This document shows, one piece after another, positions 53,136 to 64,000 of a DNA stretch of 64,000 bases. Below the pieces are notes generated by a model, which saw only the letters and a list, made by a program, of their open reading frames with translations, made no database searches and was not told the DNA's origin. Source of the DNA: Octopus vulgaris (lineage: Eukaryota); NCBI GenBank assembly GCA_951406725.2, contig OX597822.1, positions 42,284,001-42,348,000 of the forward strand, read 5' to 3'. The position numbers and the translations under genes were made by a program. How positions within the stretch are numbered: position 1 is the stretch's first letter; the number at the start of each line of letters is the position of its first letter.

Positions 53136-56079
53136 CATTAAATAAAACAGTAACAATATATAATTTCAGTCTAAATTCAAACTCTACAGGAATTGACCTT
53201 ACATTTTATTAAATTCACACTAATAAAATATGTACCAGTAATATATTGATGATTTAGAGGCTTTCATTCTTCAGCTTTGTCTCAACAAAAGAAATCAATA
53301 TTTTAGAAATAACAACTATAATTTTAATTCACTAATATAACTGGACAAAATCAGTTGCATCCTTCCTTGGTCAGAATCAAGATTATTGATTGTCAATAAC
53401 ATTACTGTAGAATTGGTTGAAGATAAACAGAAATAGCAAAAATATTCCTGACAGTTGTAGAATAAGCTCAATAATCCAAGAAGTTTATAAAGATGCCTGA
53501 CACTAAACAATGTTGTTGTAGGTTAACCCAACATTAGCCCTGTTGTAGTAGTTTATCCCAACATTAACCCAACATTAGTGCTATAGTGGTAGCTTGGCCC
53601 AACATTGGCCCTGTTGTTGTAGTTTGATGCCTTCAGGCATTGCAGCTATGACTATCCTTGTTTATTTTGACTTTCAGTGCAGATTTCAAATCCTTCAAAA
53701 GTTTTTTGAACAAGAAAATGCTGTCACCAGAGACAGAGAAAGAAAAATCTTAAAATGCTATCAAGTATGTCATTTTTAAAAATCTTTGATTTGAGGAAGA
53801 TCTGATACTATTTCAAATTGATTGACTAACTATTACATTATAATCTCAGGAAAAACAATTTATTTCAATGCTGTTGAGGAGAAAAACAGAAAAGAAGTTA
53901 ATACTCAAATAGAGAACAAGGTAAATTGACTAGTGTAACCTCACACTCACATACACTTCACTTGAAGGGAACTAGAGCTTCACTCTGCTGAGTGAGGGTA
54001 AACCTTTTTAGTTTTTGAGAAAATGAGCAACCTACATGTATGGTGGAGAGTCATCCTCTCGGTTTATAGAGAGGGATAATTTAAAGACAGGTATTTTCCC
54101 ATCTGAAAATAAAATAAATGATGTCTTTCTTATCTTAAACTTTACTCAAACAGGATTAGTGAACCGTATTAAATCAACTCTGAACCAATAAAAAGCAATG
54201 TTGTAGTTTGAAAGATTTATGAAGCACCAACCTAGACATTGTTGAATATCTACCTTGGTGTCTGATGTGATTAGAATATCACAGAAAAATATTGTAAGAC
54301 TGATTGTTCAAACAAAGCCAGGACTGACTTAGAAGGAGACCAAGAACAAGATGGTTGGATAATAGTTCATGCTCACAGTTGGTCACACTTGGGGAGTCAA
54401 CTGGAAAGTGTAATTATGGTAGTGTCTGATGCGACACTTTAGAGGAGGTGCCTGAGCACACTACCCCGTCAACCATCCCACAAAAAGTGGACAGAGAAGA
54501 TGGATGTTTGGATAATTTAAGTTTCTGTAAACGAGTGAGATGTGACATTCATGTCTTCCTTTAAGAGGATACATAATGAAGTGAAATAGCTTGAACTTAA
54601 ATTTGAAACCAAATTTTTTTATAAATAGTCAAACTTTGGTAAAAGAATAGTGCCCATGGCTGAAGCTGTTGTGGAAAGTTATATGTTCTAGTATACTTGC
54701 TAATATCGGTAACAAAATACTGGCCATCACATCACATCCATGCTGTTTTATCTAAAAAGAATATTCAATTTCATCAATTAAACAAAACCAAGTACGCATT
54801 GTTGGTAATTAAGAAAAATAATGAACTAAATCTTATCTTTATGTGGCATTAATTAGATTTCTTACTATTTTATACTCATACAATTATGGTGTATACATAC
54901 ATACATAATGAAACTATACACTGATCACTGATATATAATCACATTTGTATGTATATGAATGTATACACACAGAATGTATACACACAAAAAGAGGCTGGTA
55001 CGATGTAATCTAATCATAATGTAATCAAATTATCTAGAACATATTTTGAGCAATCATCTAACCTGTGTTAAAATACCAGTTGTGTCATGAGACACCTGCT
55101 GAGACCTTTTTTGCAACACCAACAAATTCCACTGTCACTAACATCACAGAGGCATCACCTGATTCTATGGCTTTTATCAATAAATGAAACTAAAATACTA
55201 CCATCACTAACTGCTATTCTCCACCACCATAACTTCTAAGTGCTACTCTCCACTACTATCACTTCTAATGCTACTCTCCACCATCATTATCACAGCCATC
55301 ACCTTCGATATACCAACACCACCACTACCACTATTACTACCAGCAGCATCAGTTTAAAATTGAAATATATTACTTAGAGATTATTTCCTGAGAAATGAGA
55401 TGAGAAGATGACAGACGGAAAAGAGGTAAAAAGTATACACAGAACCACCAAGTCTCATTGAGTGTAAAGGAGTTTTTAGGTGTTAGAGTCTTTGAAATGA
55501 TGATGCTAGAGTTTCTTTCATGAGAAGGTATTTACAGGTTTGTTATTGAGCAACTCCTCAACAGAGATTTCAAGACATAACATCTACTGCTGTTGTCCAA
55601 CAATCATTGAATATCATAGAGTGAAATAATTATTTCTGTATTGTCTAGTGAAACAGTTGGAACTGGTTAAACCAAGTTCCACAATAATACAAAAATTATG
55701 CTTGCTTTGACAATGACACTTATTACTTGCCTAAACTAAAACATGTAAAAGAAAACAGTAATGGAATGTTATATAATGCTGTATATGCACTAATATATTT
55801 TCTGGGGTTTTTTTTTTTTTACAACTATAGGCACAAGGCCTGAAATTCGGGGGAGGAGGCTAGCTGGCATTTATTTTATAGAATTGGAAAGGATGAAAAA
55901 CAAAGTCAACATCATCATCATTTAACATCTTTTTCCATACACGCATAGATAGACAGTTTGATAGCAGCTGCTAAGGTCAGAAAGCTGCATCAGGCTCCAG
56001 TTGTCTGTTTTGACATGGTTTCTAATGTTGGATCCCCTTCCTGAAGCCAACCACTTTACAGAGCATACTGGGGTCTTTT

Positions 56080-56435
56080 CACATGGCACCAGCATAGGTG
56101 CTTTAAACATAGTACTAGCATGAGTGCTTGTTACATGGCACCAGAACAGCAGCTTTTTATGTAGCACCAGCACATGTGGATTTCATATGGCACCAGAACA
56201 GGTGCTTTTTATGTGGCACCAGCACAGATGGATTTCATATGACACCAGAACAGGTGCTTTTTATGTAGCACCAGCACAGATGGATTTCATGTGACACTAG
56301 CATAAATGCTCCTTATGTGACACCAGCATAAACGCTCCTTATGTGACACCAGCATAAATGCTCCTTATGTGACACCAACACAAGTGCATTATACATGGCA
56401 CTAAAACAAGTACTTTTTACATGGCATCAGCACCT
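56080..56435. repeat. ~23-bp minisatellite expanded within an RTE-tail copy
   Basis: Unit approximately atgtggcaccagcacaggtgcttttt, with alternating variants. Confidence 0.85.
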
Positions 56436-57200
56436 GTGAGCTTGCAAGACAAGGACCTATCGACTGAGAAAGTGGGGGTGGGGACATAATTGTAAAGGAC
56501 ATGCCTCTCTGTATGGATGGCCACAATTTTACATAGCTTGATGTAATTTGAACTTTGAGTGTAATCCAGAGAAATGTTGCTAAGCATTTTCTCTAACATG
56601 ATAACAATTCTGCCAGCTCTGATATATGTTATGTGTACACCAATGTGATATTGTCTTTGTTCAGCCCAGAATCAGCCCTAATCCTGCAGACCTATGATGA
56701 AAGACATTCCAGCCATGACCATTCAATCCATTAAGGCTATCAAAGTAACACATTAATCAATATGTCCTTTCATTTTTGAAGCTAAGGTATGATTCAAGGA
56801 AGGTTTGACTACTTTTTCTAGCAAAGGTTCCTTTTTCATTCAACCAATATGATGTATCAATTACAAGGGAGAACTGTTATGAACATCAATCATTATTGGG
56901 AAAATTTAAACACTGTTTTATAAAATACATGAGAAATGTTTGTGACAGTTTACTGATTATATAAACAAAGTGTAGAAATAGCATAGAAATGGTAGTGGTG
57001 GTGGTGGTGGTAGTAGTAGTCAAACAAGTACCATTGTTAAACCAAGGTTAGTAAAATACATTCAGAATATAGTGACTATGTTTATAAACTGCATAAATTG
57101 TGATTACAAAAAAAGAGGGTAGAAGTATGTTATATATATGCATGTGTGTGTGTGTGTGTGTGTGTGTATAGATATAGATATGTGTGTGTCTGTGTATATA

Positions 57201-57891
57201 TCATCATCATCATCATCATTTAACGTCCGTTCTCCATGCTAGCATGGGTTGGACGGTTCGACCGGGGATCTGGGAAGCCAGAAGGCTGCACCAGGCTCCG
57301 GTCTTATCTGGCAATGTTTCTACAGCTGGATGCCCTTCCTAACGCCAACCACTCCGTGAGTGTAGTGGGTGCTTTTTCCGTGCCACCTGCACTGGTGCCA
57401 GGCAAGGCTGGCATCGGCCACGGTCGGATTGGTGCATTTTACGTGCCACCTGCACGGAAGCCAGTCGAGGTGGCACTGGCTTCGGCCACGATTTGGATGG
57501 TGCTTTTTACGTGCCACCGACACGAAAGCCAGTCGAGGCGGCGCTGGCATCGGCCACGATTTGGATAGTGCTTTTTACGTATCTCCAGTCCAGGGGTCCT
57601 GGCATCTGCCGGGTGCCAGTCATAGGATTGGTTCAATTTCGATTCCGATTTCGATTTCACTTGCCCCAACAGGTCTTCGCAAGCAAAGGGGGGTTGGCAT
57701 AGGTGCCTGTCGTCGGATGAGGTTCGATATCGACTTCGCTTGCCTCAACAGGTCTTTGTGTGTCCAAGGGAGGAAAGGCATGCATAAGTGGGCTGGACTC
57801 ACTTGTCCTGCCTGGTCTTTTCACACACAGCATATTTCCAAAGGTCTCGGTCGCTGGTCATTTCCTCAATGAGACCTAAAGTTCGAAGGTC

Positions 57892-57893
<2 letters not shown>
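57201..57893 (-). mobile_element. RTE LINE 3' end: ORF C-terminus, stop, repeat-rich 3'UTR, (ATG)n tail
   Basis: Minus strand DLRTLGLIEEMTSDRDLWKYAVCEKTRQDK* (TGA at 57801-57799) followed by the tail-family sequence. Confidence 0.8.
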
Positions 57894-57956
<63 letters not shown>

Positions 57957-59250
57957 CTTCGTTTTATATCCACTTTCTGTGTGGGCATCAACTGAATGGG
58001 TCATCACAGTCTGTGTCAGTTCTTATTTGAAGATACTACTCTCCCAGATAAATCAAAGGATCACATCTTGTCTCTGTATACATGTACATACATACATACA
58101 TACATACATACATACATACATGCATGTATGCATGCATTATGCAAGACCCTTTGCTATACAGTATTCAAGCTTGTCTAAATGACTCACCATTACTATTATT
58201 TATTTTAAATGACAATAAGAGTGGCGAGCATCTTCAATAAGCTATATTCAATAATATCAAAATAAACAATATTTTCTTCTCTCATGACAACATACATTGA
58301 TAAAGGAAAAGCTAATTACTACTTGAAATGTAATTGAAGCTGCATCTAGCAGCAAACTGAAGTATAATACATTTTTGCAAGCTGAAATCCCAAAGGTGTT
58401 CATTTGAGCTATTTATATATGTGACTAGGATTACATCAAGAATATATTAGCAACTGGTATGATACTGCACTTTCCACCATACAAGTCAATAATTTGTTGT
58501 GTAAACATTCAAACATCATTGCTATCTTTCCAAATCCTGATGCATTTCACATGGAATTTTTGGTCCTCCAAAGTCATCTTCATGTATATAATCTTTTATC
58601 GTTTTTCTTTTACTTATTTCAGTCAATAGATTGTAGCCCATGCTGGGGCATCCCTTTGAAGAAATTTTAGTTGAATGAACTGACTCCAGTAAATTTTTTT
58701 TTTAAACTGCTACTTAATCTATTGGTCTCTTTTGCTGAACTGTTAAGTTACTGGAACATAAACACATTAACACCAGTTGTCAAGCAATGATGAGGGGGAG
58801 GGGGAGATTTTAAAGGATGATGATGATGATGATGAATAACACAAATGGTCAGAGGTTCACTACAGCTGTTCCAGACATGTTTTTTAATGATGAACAAATC
58901 AATTACATCATGTAAAACAACTGTTTTCTTCAGGTGAATTAGAACACGAGTGTCTGTACAAACTGTTGATACACAGGTATGCTATCTTTGGCTCTACCTT
59001 GGTGTCCTTATTATTAAAATATTTTGATTCTATTGGATCCTGCAAATAATAATATATATATATATATATATATTCTTTTATTTGCTTCAGTCATTTGACT
59101 GTGGACATGCTGGAGCACCACCTTTAGTCTAACAAACTGACCTCAGGACTTATTATTTGTAAGCCTAATACTTAATCTATTGGTTTCTTTTGCTGAACCG
59201 GTTATCAAGTGATGGTGGGGGGGGGGGCAAACAGAAGCACAAACACACAT

Positions 59251-59289
<39 letters not shown>

Positions 59290-60102
59290 CGACAGGCTTC
59301 TTTCAGTTTCCATCTACCAAATCAACTCACAAGGCTTTGGTCAGCCTGAGGCTATAGTAGAAGACACTTGCCCAAGGTGCCACGCAGTGGGACTGAACCC
59401 AGAACCATGTGGTTGGTGAGCAAGCTACCTACTGCACAGCCACACTTGCGCCTATACGTACCTATCTATAACAGGCTTCTTTCAGTTTCTGTCTACCAAA
59501 TCCATTCACATGACTTTGGTTGACCTGAGGCTATAGTAAAAGACACTTGCCCAAGATGCCACGCAGTGGGACGGAACCTGGAACTATGTGGTTATGAAAC
59601 ATCAACCTACCTTTTTTGATTGTAAATTTTAGTCTGTAAAATTCAATTTGTATGCCAGAAAATATGGTAAATAAGCTTTTAGAAATTATTTAAATCAGTC
59701 AATTGTATTTTTCTAAAATGTTCAGAAGATGTGAACGTGTATATTTCGATATTGAAACAGCTACAATACTTAGTTGAGTCAACAAGGTTTTGGCCAACAA
59801 GATTAACTGTCATCAATTTGGATTGTGTCTGTAGCCAAGGTTACTTCATTTTCAGTGATCTACTATAGCTAATTATAAACAGCTGCCATGATGTATGGAA
59901 AAGGAGCATTATTTAATTGATGAGGTGTTAATAAGATGTTAGCCAATGGATTCCATGAAATCCCTTAAATAAGGGACTGCATAGAATATAGTCTTTATAA
60001 CCTGCTAATACACAAAAGCTTATTTTAAGAGTATTGCTTTGTACTGTATGATAAGATATTGGGGTTTCAAACTCGATTATGAACAATGTTTCATGTAATA
60101 CT

Positions 60103-60509
60103 CTTTACTCTTTAATCTTTTACTTGTTTCAGTCATTTGACTGCGGCCATGCTGGAGCACCGCCTTTAGTCGACCAAATCGACCCCGGGACCTATTCTTT
60201 GTAAGCCCAGTACTTATTCTATCAGTCTCTTTTGCCGAACCGCTAAGTTACGGGGACGTAAACACACCAGCATCGGTTGTCAAGCAATGCTAGGGGGACA
60301 AACACAAACACACACACACACACACATATATATATACATATATACGACAGGCTTCTTTCAGTTTCCGTCTACCAAATCCACTCACAAGGCTTTGGTTGGC
60401 CCGGGGCTATAGCAGAAGACATTTGCCCAAGATGCCACGCAGTGGGACTGAACCCGGAACCATGTGGTTGTTTAGCAAGCTACTTACCACACAGCCACTC
60501 CTGCGCCTA
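60103..60509 (-). mobile_element. Well-preserved full-length copy of the major tRNA/CORE-like SINE
   Basis: Minus strand aggcgcaggagtggctgtgtggtaag..ggttcagtccc.. through gaaacaagtaaaaga..agagtaaagagt; CpGs retained. Confidence 0.88.
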
Positions 60510-60789
60510 TGTTATCATTTGTTTATAAAACTTATGAAAATAAATCTGAGTAATTACTATTATTCTATTTAGATAACTTGACATTATTTTACATCATAAT
60601 ATTCATGCACACACCACACACACATAGGTGCGCACACATAAACACACACACACCTATTTCCAGGCAAATAATGATATTATAAGTCAAAAACTGAAGATGA
60701 ATATTACCAAATTACATTTTATAGATATAAGCATCTCACTTTGTACAGAACCATCATTCAGTTTATCCTTCACTTGGAGAGAGAATGCT

Positions 60790-61200
60790 TTTGCTGCCAG
60801 TTGATGAAATGTCTTTCTGAACTTTTTTCCACCCTATTAATCTGATAACTGTAGAGCATGGACACTGAACAGGAGACTTGAAAAGAAGCTTGATGGTACA
60901 TACATGAGAATGCTTCATATAATTCTTAATCTTTCTTGGTACCAACATCCTACAAAGCAGTGACTGTACGGCAGTCTTTCTACTGTTATGTTATTAATCA
61001 GAGAAAGAACAGAATTTGCAAGACACTGATGTAGAAGTAAGGATGAAATATCCAGTGATCATTTCTGGAAACACATGCATGGACGTACAGGTATCAGCAG
61101 ATTCAGAAGAGCAAACAGTAATCAACTTGTGGAAGACACTGGATGTCAAGTTGAGGATATTAAGTCTGCTGTGGCTTAGAAAAGGGTTGCATTGGTCTGG
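60790..61200 (+). mobile_element. Old RTE-like LINE fragment
   Basis: CRAWTLNRRLEKKLDGTYMRMLHIILNLSWYQHPTK. Confidence 0.65.
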
Positions 61201-62031
61201 GCAAGTTACCCGCCTGAACAGGACAGATACTAAACTTTTGAAACATACTCATCCACTACTAATAAATCCATCAAGTTAACAGAGGCTATTGACAATTCTA
61301 GGGAACCCTCTGAGCATCTGTAAGAATTTATTTTATTTGGTAAGTTCTGATACAATACTACAGAGAATGAATTTTCAGTGAAGATTATATAATGAAGATA
61401 ATGCAGAAAATCAAACCTGATAAAAGTCATGGGCCCTTGCAGATTCACACCAGAGTCATGAAGGAACTCTGTATAGAACTAGTTCCCCACCCCTACATGT
61501 TTCAGCAAATTCCCCAGTGATTTCTATACCAGAAGATCATTGTTGTAGTCCCAATATATAGGAAAACCTCTGCATGTGATCTATCACAATTCTAACCTAC
61601 TTCCTCATTCAGCACTATCAGTAAAAAAGAAAAAGAAAAAACATGGAATCAGTTGTACACAAACATCTGCAAAGCTATCTATTAACATATCCTACAGTTT
61701 TTGCTATGAAGACAACTGAGTTTCTGACCAGACCATCACACAGTACTTCTATCTATTCCATTTCTAATGTAAAACAGCTGATGTGGCTTCAAAGTTACCT
61801 TAATAAGCAAGATGAACAGGTAGTTAAATATATTATCCACACTATCTAGTGAGCAGTACATTGAAAGCTCAAAAAGTTTAGAAACACTATTAGGGGAAAG
61901 AGATGGAATAATCTGAAAACAAGCCACACTCACCATGACTGTGCATCACACAAAAGTCTTTAACAGCAAGTCAGGCAGCTGGCAAATTGGGCTGGTGAAT
62001 GGATATCCCATCCACCATATAACCTGGATAT

Positions 62032-62559
62032 AAAACGACCAAAACCACATTCAAAAGCAATTTTCGAAGGGAATGAAAAATAAAAACTTTTACCTTGTTA
62101 TTTTTTTACAGTTATACCTAGGTTTCAAATTTTTTTAGCAAATAAAATAATTTGCTAGGCGAAATACTCATCAGTAACCACACCATAACATTAACATATA
62201 AGTTAGAGACAAATAACACGTGTCTTATCATTACATGTTATAACTTTTCAAATTCACTGCACAAACGCAGTTTCAGTCGGGAGTAAATAAAAAATGCTGA
62301 ATTGATCTTCGAAATGCTAAAATCATATACGTAAAATATATAGGGTAGCTAATATTTTTAGAAATGTCACTACCAGTGGCCTAGCATGTATCAAAAGTCA
62401 ATAGACAACATATGCTCAATATAAAATAGTGTACATTTAAACACAAGATAAACTACCTTTTAACAGGTAATTTTACACGCTTGAAAAAATAACAAGGTAA
62501 AAGTTTTTATTTTTCATTTCACTTCAAAAATTGCTCTTAAATGTGGTTTTGGTCATTTT
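62032..62559. mobile_element. MITE-like element with ~75-bp inverted termini
   Basis: aaaacgaccaaaaccacatt..aaaacttttaccttgttatttttt vs aaaaaataacaaggtaaaagtttt..aatgtggttttggtcatttt. Confidence 0.75.
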
Positions 62560-62573
62560 GACTGCTTTTTCTA

Positions 62574-62713
62574 TGGCAAATTAAATTTAAATGTTGAAGT
62601 GAATCTAACGGTCTTTGTGTGTTTCTTAAACGGCTTATAAACACCTTCCATGCTGCAATTGTTTTCATTCCAGTACATTTCAGATCAGGTCACTTGCTAT
62701 GCAAGTACATCTC
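62574..62713 (+). mobile_element. Solo right arm of the 3646-3936 Penelope-like family
   Basis: tggcaaattaaatttaaatgttgaagtgaatctaa...caagtacatctc matches 3794-3936. Confidence 0.85.
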
Positions 62714-62919
62714 CATAATATATATATATATATATATAATTTTTTTTTAAATATAATTATAAAATATAATTATAATTAAGGGCTACTGGATGTGACCAGA
62801 TTCCTATGCTAGCAGTAGATGCCAAATACCTACAATCCACTCTAAGAGATGTTCTCTATATTCAACCACAGGTCAAACAAAGAAATGAGAGAGAAAATAT
62901 ATAAAAAATTTTGGGGGTA

Positions 62920-63325
62920 ACTCCATATCCAAAAAAATGGCTGTCAGACAATTTCTGCAGCCACATCACCCCTAATATCTGACCACCTAGCTCTCCACAC
63001 TGCAATCCCTCTGATTACTATGTGTGGGGTGCAGTTGAGCAAGAGACCAACAAAACTCCTTGTAACACCAAAGATAAACCGAAGACAAGGATTATGGCAG
63101 CATTCACCAACTTAAACAAGGAAACCATCCAGAAGAGTTGCAGGAGATTCCAAAGTCATCTAGAACTGTGGTTGAAGCCAATGACGATTTTAGTGAATAA
63201 ATTTACTGTTTAGTATTTCAAGATATTTTTATGTAATTTTGGTAAATATATATCTGTTAAAATGAGATGTCAATGTTATTTTCATTTTTACATAATTTAG
63301 ACAACAGTTTATTCACTGCACCCTG
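62920..63325 (+). mobile_element. Tc1/mariner-superfamily (maT-like) 3' fragment
   Basis: PNI*PPSSPHCNPSDYYVWGAVE...IQKSCRRFQSHLE; ends tttattcactgcaccctg. Confidence 0.75.
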
Positions 63326-63680
63326 TGTATGTATATATATATATATATATATAATAATTATAATTAAAGGTATCTAAGATATCACCATGCTAGAGCTGGC
63401 AGTCAAAGCTTGACTCCAAAACCACATCAAGTATTCATACAGCACAGTTATTTTAAATATCTTTATTTATTTTAAATATCTTTATTTATTTAAATATTTA
63501 TATATATTTACTTCATTATATTCACTGCGGTGGTATTTTGACCATATAGCAGGTGTTTAGACGAACAATCAAACTGGTCGTGTATATACATACATATATA
63601 TGTATGTACGTATGTATTCGTGTGCATATGTAAGTATTCATATGTTGTGTACATATATATTTGTATTTATATACTGTATT

Positions 63681-63754
63681 CTGGTATATCTCACTGAGGA
63701 GGCAAAGTATATCTTTTATACAGAGCCAGAAACCTTGGGTCTGGGATTATCCAG
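63681..63754 (+). ncRNA. Type I hammerhead ribozyme motif (one extra A before GAAA)
   Basis: ctgg-tat-atctca-CTGAGGA-ggc-aaa-gtata-tcttt-tatac-aga-gcc-a-GAAA-cc-ttg-gg-TC-tgggat-tat-ccag; all three helices pair, GUC triplet at 63739-63741. Confidence 0.65.
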
Positions 63755-64000
63755 TAATCTGCTACTTTATTTGTCTTTTCACCTTGTGCTGTATGAACAC
63801 TTGATTTTTGGAGTCAGGTTTTGACTGTCATCTCTCGCATGGTGGCATCTTAGATACCCTCAATCATAATTTTAATAATAATTATTACCTATAAGGTCTT
63901 TCTTCCCATGCTTGCTACTTGATATGATTGTTATTTCAAATGACGGTCTTATCCTTATTTAAAGAGCACCATACGAGCGTGATCAGTGACAGAGCAGCTA

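Noticed and set aside
53678-53764. Plus-strand exon-like segment (tttcag...gtatgt)
   Set aside because: Isolated, with no recognisable protein similarity or compatible neighbouring exons
57360-57600. Regularly spaced gtgctttttacgtgccacc repeats resembling a CRISPR array
   Set aside because: The spacers are homologous to each other, there are no cas genes, the DNA is eukaryotic, and the array is part of a dispersed RTE 3'UTR

Overview
AT-rich, repeat-dense animal genomic DNA. The SINE, LINE and microsatellite content suggests an octopus/coleoid cephalopod; this is inference, with no database search. The only supported host gene runs on the minus strand: four phase-0 exons (46462-46674, 11798-11932, 11340-11420, 6568/6628-6711) encoding the WW-domain region of an ARHGAP12/27/9/15-family RhoGAP, whose other domains lie outside the window. 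Nearly everything else is intronic. It includes a decayed autonomous Helitron and a complete non-autonomous one, mariner/Tc1/pogo, hAT and piggyBac MITEs, CR1 and RTE LINE remnants, several tRNA-derived SINE families and a 2.6-kb alternating purine/pyrimidine microsatellite. Most ORFs in the supplied track are artefacts of these repeats. The most unusual signal is a set of hammerhead-ribozyme motifs in Penelope-like fragments. One has a reciprocal G3-C8 core swap inside an inverted-repeat insertion (3646-3936), and a sister copy starts at its predicted cleavage site (62574). Another is a nearly canonical type I hammerhead (63681-63754). No prokaryotic-type system, CRISPR array or intact transposase is present.
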